A stretch of DNA of 57,893 bases, from the NCBI GenBank assembly GCA_040756475.1, contig JBFLZB010000007.1, positions 1 through 57,893 of the forward strand, in the 5' to 3' direction. Under the pieces are notes generated by a model. That model did no database searches. It worked only from the letters and a program-made list of their open reading frames with translations, and was not told the origin of the DNA. Position 1 is the first letter of the stretch. Every line of letters starts with the position of its first letter. Shown one piece after another: positions 26,205-35,837 of the stretch. A program made the translations under genes and the position numbers. Source of the stretch: Thermodesulfobacteriota bacterium. Lineage in GTDB: Bacteria > Desulfobacterota > Deferrisomatia > Deferrisomatales > JACRMM01.

Positions 26205-29002
26205 CGCGCGCCGGCCCGACCTCTCAACCGTCCCGGGCCCGGCGACGTCCGAAGCTCTTGGTCCTGTGCCTGCTCTGGACACTGCTCCTGTTCCCGAAGA
26301 CGGCGCAGGCCTACGACACCCATCTGTCGGCGGCGCAAGGCCGTCGCGTGGCGCGGATCGAGATCGTGAACCCGAGCCTCGTCCCGGACCGGGAGATCCG
26401 GCAGCTCTTCGGCCTCGCCCCCGGAGAGGTCTATGAGATCCGGAGGGTGCAGAGAGGCCTGCTGCGCCTGGCCCAGAAGGTCGGGGTGCGGGACGTGATC
26501 GTGCGGGGGGCCCTGGAGGAGCGCTCCGTCGCCCTGGCGCTGGAGGTGGTACCAGAGCCCCTGGTGCGCAGTGTGCGCCTGCGGGGGAATCGGGCGCTGC
26601 GCGACGCGGCCCTGCGGGGCCGCCTCGAGACCCGGGTGGACCGCCCCCTGAGCGAGACCGTGTTCGCCCGGGACGTGGAGGCCCTGCGCGAGCTCTACGA
26701 GAACGAGGGTTTTCCCTCGGTCCAGGTGCGGCACCGCGTGGAGCCGGTGGGGGACGGCCTGTGGCTGCGCCTCGTGATCGAGATCGACGAGGGTGCGCCC
26801 CAGCGCATCCTTCGCCTGGAGGGCATCGAGGCGCTGGAGGAGCCGGGCGACGACGGGGTGCCCCCCATGGAGCGCCCCCGGCTCGTGGCCCTCCTGGGGC
26901 TGAGGGAGGGCGCGCCGGCCTCCCGGCGGCAGCTGCGCGACGGAGTGCGCCGGGTGGTGGACGTGCTGCACCGGGAAGGCTACCCGGAAGCCCGGATCGG
27001 GCGCGCCGCCTTTCGCGCCGAGGGGGACGGCGCCGTGCTCTCGCTACCCCTGACGCTGGGAGAAGCCATCGACGTCCGGGTGGAGGACGTGGACGAGTGG
27101 GCCGCCGATGCCCTGCGGGAGATCGCCCGCGGGCGCTTCGGGGAACCCCTGGACGGCCACTGGATCGAGCGCACCGCCGAGCTGATGGAGGAGTACCTGC
27201 GCGCCCAGGGCCATTACCACGCCTCCGTGGAGACCGAGGATACCTGGGCGTACGGCCGCCGCCGCATCGTCTTCCGGACCGAGCGCGGGCCCCGGGTGCG
27301 TGTGGCCGAGGTGGCGTTCGAGGGCAACAAGAACGTCTCGTCGGCGAGCCTGCGGCAGTACCTCTCCCTCGTGGTCGGCGGGATCGTCCGCCCCCCCCCT
27401 CTTACCCAGGAGGCCCTCGACCGTGACCTCCAGGTCGTCGTGGACTACTACGCCTCCCGGGGATACCCGGAGGCGCGGGTCGAGGTGGCGGGGCTGTCTG
27501 TGTCGCCCGCGGGCAAGGCGTCGCTTCGCCTGCGCGTGGACGAGGGGCGCCTCTACCGGCTGGGGGAGATCGCCTTCGACGGCAACGGGGCGCTCGATCC
27601 CGGCGAGATCCAGGCGGCGGCCGCCCTCCGGCCGGGAGCTCCGTCCGACCCCGGGGAGCTGGGGGAGGCGCGGCTGCGCATCTTGAGGGAGCTGGAACGG
27701 CGGGGCCACCCCGAGGCCGCCGTGGAGCTCGAGGTGGAACGGGACTACGAGGCGGGCCTCGTCCACCCCACCTACCGCATCCGGGGCGGCCCGCGCGTCC
27801 GGTTCGGCGAAACCGTGGTCTCGGGGAATGCCCGCACCCAGACCAAGGTGGTCCAGCGGGAGCTCACCTTCCGGAGCGGCGATCTCTGGGATCCCCAGGA
27901 GGTGCAGCGCAGCCGGCAGCGCCTGTACCGCCTGGGGTTCTTCCAGCGGGTGCGCATCGAGCCCTTGACCCGGAATCCGGGGGACGAGGTGCGCGACGCG
28001 TGGGTGGAGGTGGAGGAGCAGGACGCGGGCAGCGTGACCCTGGGCCTGGGCTACGGTACCGAGGAGGGGGTGAAGGGCTCGGCCTCGCTTTCCCACGCCA
28101 ACCTCTGGGGCTCCGGGCGCAGCCTGGGCCTTCGGTACGACTTCGACCAGCTGGACCGGTCCTGGGCGGTCAACTTCCGGGAGCCGTGGCTCCTGGGCCG
28201 GCGCCTCGAGCTGGGCCTGACGCTCGTGAAGAGCTACCAGAACCGGGACGCGTACAACCTCTCCTCCCTGGGTTTCCAGGCGTCTCTCGAGCGGGAGTTC
28301 GGGGAGAACGTCAGGGGCTCCCTCTTCTACACGATCGAAGACAACGAGCTCGCCGACGTGGTGGACGAAACCGTGGTGGGTCAGGACCAAATCAACGCCT
28401 ATCTCCTCTCGGCCCTGGGGCCGGTGCTCGTGTGGGACTCCCGGGACGACCCCTTCAACCCGCGGCGGGGCTACCACCACACCGTCCAGGTGGAGTGGGC
28501 CTCGAACGCCTTCGGGTCCGACGTGGAGTACGAGCGATACCTGGGGTCCGCGAGCGGGTTCTTCACCGCGGGGAGGGTGACCCTGGCGCTGCTGGCCCGG
28601 GGGGGGATCGCCGTGCGCCTGGGGAGCGCCGCGGATCTACCCGTGAACAAGCGCTTCTTCCTGGGAGGGCGCAGCACCCTGCGGGGGTTCCAGAAGGACG
28701 AGGCCGGGCCCAGGGCCGCCGACGGCACCCCCGTGGGGGGCGACGTGATGGGGAACCTCAAGGCGGAGCTCCGGTTTCCCCTGTGGAAGCAGCTCGGGGG
28801 AGCGGCCTTCTGGGACGCGGGCAACGTGTGGAACCGGACCCCGGGCTTCCCCGGGAGCACGGGCATCCGACAGGGCGCGGGGGGCGGGCTGCGCTATCTC
28901 ACCCCCGTGGGTCCCCTCTCCCTGGACCTGGGCTTCAACCTCGACCCCCGGGAGGGCGAGGACGCCTGGGTCTGGTACTTCACCATCGGCAACGTGTTCT
29001 GA
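26201..29002 (+). CDS. bamA: BamA/TamA-family outer membrane protein assembly factor (multiple POTRA domains + Omp85 barrel)
   Basis: 933 aa. ATGA overlap with tamB. POTRA-like repeats (V..I.F.GN...). Barrel end ...GGLRYLTPVGPLSLDLGFNL....W.WYFTIGNVF. Confidence 0.88.
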   Translation: MTRAGPTSQPSRARRRPKLLVLCLLWTLLLFPKTAQAYDTHLSAAQGRRVARIEIVNPSLVPDREIRQLFGLAPGEVYEIRRVQRGLLRLAQKVGVRDVIVRGALEERSVALALEVVPEPLVRSVRLRGNRALRDAALRGRLETRVDRPLSETVFARDVEALRELYENEGFPSVQVRHRVEPVGDGLWLRLVIEIDEGAPQRILRLEGIEALEEPGDDGVPPMERPRLVALLGLREGAPASRRQLRDGVRRVVDVLHREGYPEARIGRAAFRAEGDGAVLSLPLTLGEAIDVRVEDVDEWAADALREIARGRFGEPLDGHWIERTAELMEEYLRAQGHYHASVETEDTWAYGRRRIVFRTERGPRVRVAEVAFEGNKNVSSASLRQYLSLVVGGIVRPPPLTQEALDRDLQVVVDYYASRGYPEARVEVAGLSVSPAGKASLRLRVDEGRLYRLGEIAFDGNGALDPGEIQAAAALRPGAPSDPGELGEARLRILRELERRGHPEAAVELEVERDYEAGLVHPTYRIRGGPRVRFGETVVSGNARTQTKVVQRELTFRSGDLWDPQEVQRSRQRLYRLGFFQRVRIEPLTRNPGDEVRDAWVEVEEQDAGSVTLGLGYGTEEGVKGSASLSHANLWGSGRSLGLRYDFDQLDRSWAVNFREPWLLGRRLELGLTLVKSYQNRDAYNLSSLGFQASLEREFGENVRGSLFYTIEDNELADVVDETVVGQDQINAYLLSALGPVLVWDSRDDPFNPRRGYHHTVQVEWASNAFGSDVEYERYLGSASGFFTAGRVTLALLARGGIAVRLGSAADLPVNKRFFLGGRSTLRGFQKDEAGPRAADGTPVGGDVMGNLKAELRFPLWKQLGGAAFWDAGNVWNRTPGFPGSTGIRQGAGGGLRYLTPVGPLSLDLGFNLDPREGEDAWVWYFTIGNVF

Positions 29003-29005
29003 AGA

Positions 29006-29110
29006 GCATAGGGCATAGAGCATGGGGCATAGAGCGCCGGTTCCGTCCGACCCAAAGGTCCCATAGGTCCCATACGTCCCATACGTCCCATGACCCCCAT
29101 ACGTCCCATG
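29006..29110. repeat. Composite short tandem repeat filling the bamA-cobU spacer: 4 heptamers (GCATRGR) then 7 nonamers (SGTCCCATR)
   Basis: gcatagg gcataga gcatggg gcataga at 29006-29033. cgacccaaa ggtcccata ggtcccata cgtcccata cgtcccatg acccccata cgtcccatg at 29048-29110. Confidence 0.85.
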
Positions 29111-29145
29111 GCTCCCCAACTCGGCCGACCCCCCAAGGAGGCATC

Positions 29146-29664
29146 TTGCGCCACATCGTCTTCGTCACCGGCGGCGCCCGCAGCGGAAAGAGCCGCTTTG
29201 CGCAGAAGACGGCCGAGGGCTGGCCCGGGCGGCTGCTCTACATCGCCACCGCCGAGGTGCGGGATCCGGAGATGGCAGACCGGGTGGCGGCCCACCGGAC
29301 CGACAGGGGGGAGCGGTGGGCGGCCCGGGAAGAGCCCCTGGATCTTCCGGCCGCCCTGGCGGAGGCGGCGGGGTTCGGGGGGGCGCTCCTGGACTGCCTG
29401 ACCCTCTGGGCCTCCAACGTCCTGGAGGCCCACGGAGACGACGAGGGGGCGGTCCAAGCCGCGGTCTCCCAATTTCTCGCCGCCCTGGAGGCCTACCCGG
29501 GCCGCCTCGCGGTGGTGACCAACGAGGTGGGGTCGGGCATCGTGCCCGTGAACGCCCTGGCCCGCCGCTTTCGGGACCTGGCCGGCAAGCTCAACCAGGA
29601 GGTCGCCGCCCGCGCGGACGAGGCCTACCTGGTGGTCTCGGGCCTGCCCCTGCGCCTGCGGTAG
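29146..29664 (+). CDS. cobU: Adenosylcobinamide kinase / adenosylcobinamide-phosphate guanylyltransferase
   Basis: TTG-29146 after [26 protein letters not shown] (P-loop) ...[10 protein letters not shown]. Confidence 0.88.
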   Translation: MRHIVFVTGGARSGKSRFAQKTAEGWPGRLLYIATAEVRDPEMADRVAAHRTDRGERWAAREEPLDLPAALAEAAGFGGALLDCLTLWASNVLEAHGDDEGAVQAAVSQFLAALEAYPGRLAVVTNEVGSGIVPVNALARRFRDLAGKLNQEVAARADEAYLVVSGLPLRLR

Positions 29665-29815
29665 GGGCGACCTCGGCCGCGAATCCCGGGCTCGGGAGGC
29701 CGGTTCCGGGGAGAGGGCCCGTTCGCGGACAAGCCCGCTCCTGCGGACGGGGCGCGGGTTTCCCCGCGGGTCCTTCTTGTGTACGATCTCCCCTTTCCCT
29801 TCTGAGGAGGCACCC

Positions 29816-30880
29816 GTGACCGAGAACGAGCTTCGCGCCCTGGTGGGGCGCATCGAGCCCCTGGCCCCCGCGGACCTGGCCGCTGCCCAGGCCCGCCTGG
29901 ACGATCTGACCAAACCCCCGGGGAGCCTGGGGCGGCTGGAGGAGGTGGCCCGGCGCCTGGCCGCCATCCAGCGCACCACCCGGCCCGCCATCCGCCGCAA
30001 GCGGGTGTATACCCTGGCGGGGGACCACGGGGTGACCGAGGAGGGGGTGAGCGCCTTTCCCCGGGAGGTGACGCCCCAGATGGTGCTGAACTTCCTGCGG
30101 GGCGGCGCGGCCATCAACGTGCTCACGCGGCACGTGGGGGCCGAGATCGCGGTGGTGGACGTGGGGGTGGACTACGACTTCGGCGGCGCCGGGGGGCTCA
30201 TCCACGCCAAGGTGGCCCGGGGCACCCGAAACCTCGCCCGAGGCCCCGCCATGACGCGGGACGAGGCACTGCGGGCCGTGGGCGTGGGGGAGGAGCTCGC
30301 CGCCCGGGCCGCCGCCGACCGGGTGGACCTCCTGGGCGTCGGCGAGATGGGCATCGGCAACACCACCCCGGCCTCGGCCATCCTGGCGGCGTTCACGGGG
30401 CTCACCCCCGACGAGGTGGTGGGGCGGGGCACCGGGGTCGACGACGCGGGGCTCCGGCGCAAGGCCGACGCCATTGCCCGGGGGTTGGCGGTGAACCGCC
30501 CCGATCCCACCGATCCCCTGGACGTGCTCGCCAAGGTGGGCGGCCTCGAGATCGCGGCCATGACCGGCCTGTGCCTGGGGGCGGCGGCCCGGCGCCTCCC
30601 GGTGGCGGTGGACGGCTTCATCTCCACCTCGGCGGCCCTGGTGGCGGTGCGCCTGGCGCCGGCGGCAGCGGACTACCTCTTCCTCTCCCACCTCTCCCAG
30701 GAGCGGGCCCACATCCGGATGGTGGAGCACTTCGGGCACAACCCCCTCCTGGTGCTGGAGCTCCGGCTCGGGGAGGGCACCGGGGCGGCGCTGGCCATGT
30801 CTGTCCTGGAGGCTTCGGCCAAGATCCTCTCGGAGATGGCCACCTTCGGGGAGGCCGGGGTCTCCAACCGGGAGGGTTGA
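29816..30880 (+). CDS. cobT: Nicotinate-nucleotide--dimethylbenzimidazole phosphoribosyltransferase
   Basis: [32 protein letters not shown] and [12 protein letters not shown]-29816 after GAGGAGG; the track's alternative start is ATG-29777. Confidence 0.9.
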   Translation: MTENELRALVGRIEPLAPADLAAAQARLDDLTKPPGSLGRLEEVARRLAAIQRTTRPAIRRKRVYTLAGDHGVTEEGVSAFPREVTPQMVLNFLRGGAAINVLTRHVGAEIAVVDVGVDYDFGGAGGLIHAKVARGTRNLARGPAMTRDEALRAVGVGEELAARAAADRVDLLGVGEMGIGNTTPASAILAAFTGLTPDEVVGRGTGVDDAGLRRKADAIARGLAVNRPDPTDPLDVLAKVGGLEIAAMTGLCLGAAARRLPVAVDGFISTSAALVAVRLAPAAADYLFLSHLSQERAHIRMVEHFGHNPLLVLELRLGEGTGAALAMSVLEASAKILSEMATFGEAGVSNREG

Positions 30881-30881
30881 A

Positions 30882-31619
30882 ATGGCGTCGCGCTTCGCGG
30901 TGGCCTTCCAGTTCCTGACCGCGATCCCCCTTTTCGAGGCGCGGGAGTTCTCCCCGCGCGAGCTCGCCCGCGCCATGGGGGCCTTCCCCCTGGTGGGGCT
31001 CGCCCTGGGGGCGGGGCTCGTGGCGTTCCACTGGGTGCTGGGGCACCGGCTCCCGGGCGTTCTCGAAGGGGCGGTGCTCGTGGCCCTGCTCGCCTGGGCC
31101 ACGGGGTCCTTCCACCTCGACGGCCTGGCCGATACCGCCGACGGCCTGGCGGGGGGCTGGACGCGGGAGCGGGCACTGGAGATCATGAAGGACAGCCGGG
31201 TGGGGGCGGTGGGGGCGGCGGCCCTGGTCCTGGCGATCCTCACCAAGGCCCTGGGGCTGGGGCTACTGCCCGAGGGCATCCGGGCGTGGGGGCTGCTGCT
31301 CACCCCGGCCGTCGCCCGGGGCAGCGTGGTGTGGCTTGCCTACGGGAGCATCTACGCCCGGCCCCGGGCGGGCCTGGGCACCCCCTACACCGAGCACCTG
31401 GACCGGGGCACCCTGAACCTGGCGCTCCTGGGCTCCGCGCTCCCGTGCCTCCTCCTGGGGTGGCGGGGCCTCCTGGCGTTCGGGCTCACCCTGCTCTACA
31501 CGGGGTGGCTCAAGGGGTTCTTCCACCGCCGCCTGGGGGGGGTGACCGGCGATACCCTGGGTTTTGCCGAGGAAACCGGAGAGATCCTCTTCCTGCTCTG
31601 CCTCCACCTGCTCTTCTGA
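30882..31619 (+). CDS. cobS: Adenosylcobinamide-GDP ribazoletransferase (cobalamin synthase)
   Basis: 245-aa membrane protein. FQFLT.IP, HLDGLADTADG and GGVTGDTLG. Confidence 0.9.
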   Translation: MASRFAVAFQFLTAIPLFEAREFSPRELARAMGAFPLVGLALGAGLVAFHWVLGHRLPGVLEGAVLVALLAWATGSFHLDGLADTADGLAGGWTRERALEIMKDSRVGAVGAAALVLAILTKALGLGLLPEGIRAWGLLLTPAVARGSVVWLAYGSIYARPRAGLGTPYTEHLDRGTLNLALLGSALPCLLLGWRGLLAFGLTLLYTGWLKGFFHRRLGGVTGDTLGFAEETGEILFLLCLHLLF

Positions 31620-31626
31620 GGATCTC

Positions 31627-32238
31627 TTGACCGCCTCCGCGCCCACCCGGCTCCACCTGCTGCGCCACGGCGACGTGGGGGGCGACGGCGTGCTCCACGG
31701 GCACGTGGACGTGGCGCTGACGCCCCGGGGGGTGGAGCAGATGGAGCGGGCCGCCCGGCGCCTGGCCGGAGAGCCGCTCGCGGCGGTCTACGCGTCGGAC
31801 CTCTCCCGGGCGCGGGAGGGCGCGGCGGCCGTGGCCCGGGCCCGGGGCCTCCCCGTGCGGGAGGACCCGGCGTTTCGGGAGCTCCACATGGGCCGCTGGG
31901 ACGACCGGCCGTACCGGGAGGTCTGGCGCGAAGAGCCCGCCCTGCTGGAGGCCTGGTGGGCCGACCTGGAGGGCTTCGTCCTGCCCGGGGGAGAGAGCCT
32001 GGCCCAGCTGCGCGCCCGGGTGCTCCCCGCCCTCCGGTCCGTGCTGGCCCGCCACCCGGGGGAGACCCTCTGCCTGGTGGCCCACGGAGGGGTCAACCGG
32101 GTGATCCTCTTCGACGCCCTGGGTCTGCCCCTCGGCCGCTTCCACTCCCTGGCCCAGGACTACGGGTGCCTGAACCTGGTGGAGTACTTCCCCGACGGGC
32201 GCTCGGTGGTGCGGCTCGTCAACGGGTGCGCCGAATGA
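31627..32238 (+). CDS. cobC: Alpha-ribazole phosphatase / histidine phosphatase family
   Basis: RLHLLRHGDV (RHG motif) ... LVAHGGVNRV. TTG-31627 is the first start after the cobS stop; the start is uncertain. Confidence 0.75.
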   Translation: MTASAPTRLHLLRHGDVGGDGVLHGHVDVALTPRGVEQMERAARRLAGEPLAAVYASDLSRAREGAAAVARARGLPVREDPAFRELHMGRWDDRPYREVWREEPALLEAWWADLEGFVLPGGESLAQLRARVLPALRSVLARHPGETLCLVAHGGVNRVILFDALGLPLGRFHSLAQDYGCLNLVEYFPDGRSVVRLVNGCAE

Positions 32239-33908
32239 GGCCCCGGGGGGTGTCGGCGCTCCTCGCGGTCCTGTGGGCCCTGGGGGCGGTTTCCGGGCCG
32301 GCGGCCCACGCCCGGGAGGAGCTCTCCTTTCGCGTTCCCCGCACCCTCCTCCACGCGCTGGCGGCTCCCGACGGCTGGCGCCGGCCCGGCCTGCGCGAAG
32401 AGCTCGCGGCCGCCAATCCCGGAATCCGCTCGCCCCTCCTGGGCGGCGACGCCAACCGCTTCTCCCTCGCCTGGGAGGTGAAGGGAGTGGGAGCGTTTCG
32501 CCTTGCGGGCCCCCGGATGGCCGCCTACCGGCTGTCCCTCGGGGTCATCGGGGAGGCCGAGAGCCTCCTGACCCTGCCCCAGGGGTACGGCGTGGCGGAA
32601 ACCCGCAGCGAAGCGGGGACGCTCGTGGTCCGGGTCGCCCCCGGCGAGGCTTCGGAAGCGGAGGAGGCGGAGGAGGCGGAGGAGGCACCGGACCTCGCCG
32701 GGGCGCTTCGCGAGCGGGGCTCGGCGACCCTGCGCCTCCTGGGCTCCCACCGCTACCAGAAGCCGTCCCTCGGGGGCCTCAACCCCGACAACCGTCTCCT
32801 GGCGCTGCCCCGCCAGGTCTCGGAGGGCGAGGTGCGGCTCGACCTCTCGGCCGACCTGGGCCGCCTCTCCCTCCTGGCCAAGCCCCGGGCCCGGTGGGCC
32901 CGGGAGCACTGGCAGGAGGGTCCCGCGGCGGGGGACTCCGACACCGACGCCGAGGTCGTGCTGCTGGAAGGCTCCGCCCAGCTCCGGCTCCGGCAGAACC
33001 TCTTCGCATCTCTTGGCCGCGAGAACCTCCAGTGGGGTCCCGGGCAGCTCGCCAACCCCTCCAACCCCTTCTTCGCCGACAACGGGCGGGAGAACCCCGT
33101 GCGGGAGGTCCCGGGGATGGACTTCGCCCGGGTCGTATGGCTGCCCACGGCAGCTTGGACCCTCTCGTGGATCGCCAACACCGGGCGGGGAGAGGGGGAT
33201 GTGCCCGGCGGCGAGTGGCGCGGGTCCCAGGCCCTCAAGCTCGATTACCTGGGGTACGCCGCCCACGGGGCGCTCCTCCTCCACGCCGGCACCGGGGTCC
33301 GGCCCTCCCTGCGCGGCTACGGCCAGGTGACCGCGACCGAGGCCCTGCTCCTCTACGCCGAGGCCGGGGTCTCCCGGGGCACCCGCGCGCGCTATCCCGC
33401 CGACGGCCCGCCCCCCCTGGGGGTCGCCCTGGAGGAGACGAAGAAGGACGTGCCGCGGTGGTTTCCCACGTCCCTGCTGGGGGCGGCCTACACGCTCCGC
33501 CTTGGCCCCACCCTCTCGGCCGAGTATCTCTACTACCGCGAGGGCTACGACGACGCCGAGGCCGAGCGGTTCTTCGACCTGGCCCACGGGGCGGGCGCAC
33601 TCGCGGCGGCAGGGCTCGCAGCCCCGGATCCGGACGGCTTCTCCACCCGCCTGCGCCTCCTGCGCAGGAACTACCTGTTCGTCCAGTACCTCCACACCGA
33701 GATCGCCCGCCGCCTCACCCTCCTCCTGCGGAGCACCCAGAACCTCGACGACGGAAGCCAGCTCGTTACCGGCTTCGCCGAGTGGAACCTCTCGGACCAC
33801 TGGCGCCTCTTCGCCTTCGGAGCCCACGGCTCCGGCGGCAACCGCGACGAGTTCGGGAGCGCCCTGCGCTACCTGGGGCTGGCGGGGGTGGAGTGGTCGG
33901 CCTTCTAG
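32235..33908 (+). CDS. Hypothetical secreted outer-membrane beta-barrel-like protein
   Basis: ATGA overlap with cobC. Signal peptide MRPRGVSALLAVLWALGAVSGPAAHA, alternating-polarity strands, and a terminal ...YLGLAGVEWSAF (aromatic C-terminus typical of OMPs). Confidence 0.65.
   Translation: MRPRGVSALLAVLWALGAVSGPAAHAREELSFRVPRTLLHALAAPDGWRRPGLREELAAANPGIRSPLLGGDANRFSLAWEVKGVGAFRLAGPRMAAYRLSLGVIGEAESLLTLPQGYGVAETRSEAGTLVVRVAPGEASEAEEAEEAEEAPDLAGALRERGSATLRLLGSHRYQKPSLGGLNPDNRLLALPRQVSEGEVRLDLSADLGRLSLLAKPRARWAREHWQEGPAAGDSDTDAEVVLLEGSAQLRLRQNLFASLGRENLQWGPGQLANPSNPFFADNGRENPVREVPGMDFARVVWLPTAAWTLSWIANTGRGEGDVPGGEWRGSQALKLDYLGYAAHGALLLHAGTGVRPSLRGYGQVTATEALLLYAEAGVSRGTRARYPADGPPPLGVALEETKKDVPRWFPTSLLGAAYTLRLGPTLSAEYLYYREGYDDAEAERFFDLAHGAGALAAAGLAAPDPDGFSTRLRLLRRNYLFVQYLHTEIARRLTLLLRSTQNLDDGSQLVTGFAEWNLSDHWRLFAFGAHGSGGNRDEFGSALRYLGLAGVEWSAF
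32652..32687. repeat. 9-bp tandem repeat GAGGAGGCG x3-4 inside the OMP gene (SEAEEAEEAEEA)
   Basis: tcggaagcg gaggaggcg gaggaggcg gaggaggca, read directly. The motif is unrelated to the GATCGG family. Confidence 0.8.
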
Positions 33909-33946
33909 GCGGCCGCGGGGATCGTTTGTTCCGAGAGGTGTTTCGG

Positions 33947-34675
33947 CTAGACGGCGGCCCGCAGCGCCGCCACGTCGGCCGAGACGATTCGCTCGATGTT
34001 TCGGGTGATCTTGTCCGGGGGCCAGTTCCACCACGCGATCTCCAGCAGCTCCTCCACCGCCGCCGCGGAAAACCGCATGCGAGCCACCCGCGCCGGGTTG
34101 CCGGCAACCACCGCGTAGGGCGGCACGTCGGCGGCCACCACCGAGCACGCGGCGACGATCGCCCCGTCGCCGATCCGCACGCCGGGCAGAACCGTCGCCC
34201 GGTACCCCAGCCACACGTCGTTGCCCACCACCGTGTCTCCCCGGCTGGGCTCCTCGCCCGCCTGCGCCGCCCTCTCCCAGCCGTTCCCGAAGATCTCGAA
34301 GGGATAGGTGGAGATTCCCCCCAGGCGGTGGTTGGCCCCGTTCATGAGGAACGTCACGCCCGTGGCGATGGCGCAGAAGCGGCCGATGACGAGGCGGTCT
34401 CCGACGAACGGGTAGTGATAGAGGACGTTTCTCTCGAAGTTCTCGGCGTCGTCGGGGTCGTCGTAGTACGTGTACTCGCCCACCACGATGTTGGGATTGG
34501 ACACCGTGTTGCGAACGAAACACACCCGGGGAAAAGCGGCGAGGGGATGGGGGTTGGCGGGGTCGGGTCCGATCAACGGGTCACTCTTGGAAAAGCGTCG
34601 GCTGGGCCGGGCCCGGGCAGACCAAGGGGTGGGAATCTCGCCGCATCCTACCTCCGAGCGCTCGCCCAGGTCCAC
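33947..34675 (-). CDS. Vat/CatB-type xenobiotic (streptogramin A / chloramphenicol class) O-acetyltransferase, hexapeptide-repeat
   Basis: IVVGEYTYYDDPDD...NVLYHYPF.GD.L.IG.FC.IA.GV.F.MNGANH......STYPF then LbH repeats and WWNWP. The start may instead be TTG-34576, judging by homolog length. Confidence 0.85.
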   Translation of the reverse strand: MDLGERSEVGCGEIPTPWSARARPSRRFSKSDPLIGPDPANPHPLAAFPRVCFVRNTVSNPNIVVGEYTYYDDPDDAENFERNVLYHYPFVGDRLVIGRFCAIATGVTFLMNGANHRLGGISTYPFEIFGNGWERAAQAGEEPSRGDTVVGNDVWLGYRATVLPGVRIGDGAIVAACSVVAADVPPYAVVAGNPARVARMRFSAAAVEELLEIAWWNWPPDKITRNIERIVSADVAALRAAV

Positions 34676-34759
34676 GAGATGACCGAATCCGACAGGCAGG
34701 GCAATCGCAGAAAAGCCGTGCCCGGCTCTTGCCGGGCGAGGTTGTGGAAGGATCTTGCG

Positions 34760-35159
34760 CTACAGGTCCATGCGGTGGGAATGGGCGATGAGGTCTCGCC
34801 ATTGGGATGGAACCCCTGCCTCCTGCGCATACTCGGGCCACCGGGACACGGCGGCGCGGACCTCCTGCAAGATCGCTTCAGCGCGGCCCCGCCTCAGGGC
34901 AACCCGTTGCGCGCACGTGCGCAGATCATCGCGCGTGAAGTGATCCCGCTTGCCGTTCAAGGTCATCTGGTGCACGGAGGTCCATCTGCCGGCGGGCTGG
35001 AAGCTGTAGGTCACGTCAAAGGCTGTGCAGCGGCGAGACCTCGATGCCGCTTTGCAGAAACGCTCTGTCGTACTCGAAGGAGGCGGCCTGAGCCCCCTCC
35101 TCCAGGGCAACGGCGCCGATCGTGCGTCCCCACAGCTTGACTTCCCCGACCGTGGTCAC
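34760..35159 (-). pseudogene. hipA: hipA toxin gene with a large internal deletion (N-terminal about 47 aa + C-terminal about 85 aa; kinase core missing)
   Basis: GTG-35159 (GTGA overlap with the hipB stop) gives VTTVGEVKLWGRTIGAVALEEGAQAASFEYDRAFLQSGIEVSPLHSL then a stop at 35016. In another frame, from about 35023: FDVTYSFQPAGRWTSVHQMTLNGKRDHFTRDDL...WPEYAQEAGVP, which is the HipA C-terminus. Confidence 0.75.
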
Positions 35160-35506
35160 GTCTCGTCCCCCCAGGACCACTGGGAGCCGGCCTTCCCCCG
35201 ACGGGCCCCGGACGATGCGCGCTTGCGCTCTTTCCCCCGCAGCCGCAGCAGGTCCATGGGGCGGGGCCCAGGTTCAGGGATCGCCGCGTCCAGGGACTCG
35301 AGCAGGCCCAGGACACGCAAGATGCGAAGGAGCGTCGTAACCTGGACCGTTTCGCCGGCCTCGACCCTTTCCACGGTCCGCTTTCCGACGCCGGCTTCCC
35401 GGGCCAACGCGGCCTGGGTGAGGTCGCGCTCCACGCGCCGCTTGCCCAGCCGGCGGCCGAGCTCTGCGAGAACGATGGCATCGCTCACGAGTGCGTCAAT
35501 CTTCAA
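35156..35506 (-). CDS. hipB: HipB-like XRE-family HTH antitoxin/regulator
   Basis: TTG-35506 after AGGAG. LGRRLGKRRVERDLTQAALAREAGVGKRTVERVEAGE is an XRE HTH. Confidence 0.8.
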   Translation of the reverse strand: MKIDALVSDAIVLAELGRRLGKRRVERDLTQAALAREAGVGKRTVERVEAGETVQVTTLLRILRVLGLLESLDAAIPEPGPRPMDLLRLRGKERKRASSGARRGKAGSQWSWGDET

Positions 35507-35522
35507 TGTCGGCTCCTATAGC

Positions 35523-35540
35523 GAGTTATGCGGGTAACTC
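35523..35540. promoter_or_regulatory. Imperfect inverted repeat GAGTTAT-N4-GTAACTC just upstream of hipB (candidate operator)
   Basis: gagttatgcgggtaactc, read directly, 17 nt upstream of the hipB start. Confidence 0.3.
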
Positions 35541-35702
35541 TACACCAACTCGCCACGAGCTGCGACAAAAAGGATGGTGGTCTGAGCGCGAGAAGAATCC
35601 CGATGAATGAGGAGTTCTACGAGTACGGGGAAGTACCCTCACGCGCTGCTGGGGGGAGACGCCGCGGCGTCAGCGATGCTGGACGGGAAACTCCCGCCTG
35701 GG

Positions 35703-35739
35703 AAAAAACCGAAGGGGTTAGGCTTTCGCCTAACCCCTT
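35703..35739 (-). terminator. Rho-independent terminator after tRNA-Ala
   Basis: Minus strand: AAGGGGTTAGGC-GAAA-GCCTAACCCCTT (12-bp stem), followed after 3 nt by a T6 tract. Confidence 0.8.
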
Positions 35740-35747
35740 GAAATTCG

Positions 35748-35823
<76 letters not shown>

Positions 35824-35837
35824 ACGAGGGAAGCAGC

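Noticed and set aside
29006-29110. CRISPR array.
   Set aside because: The units are 7-9 nt and directly abutting with no spacers. No cas genes are present.
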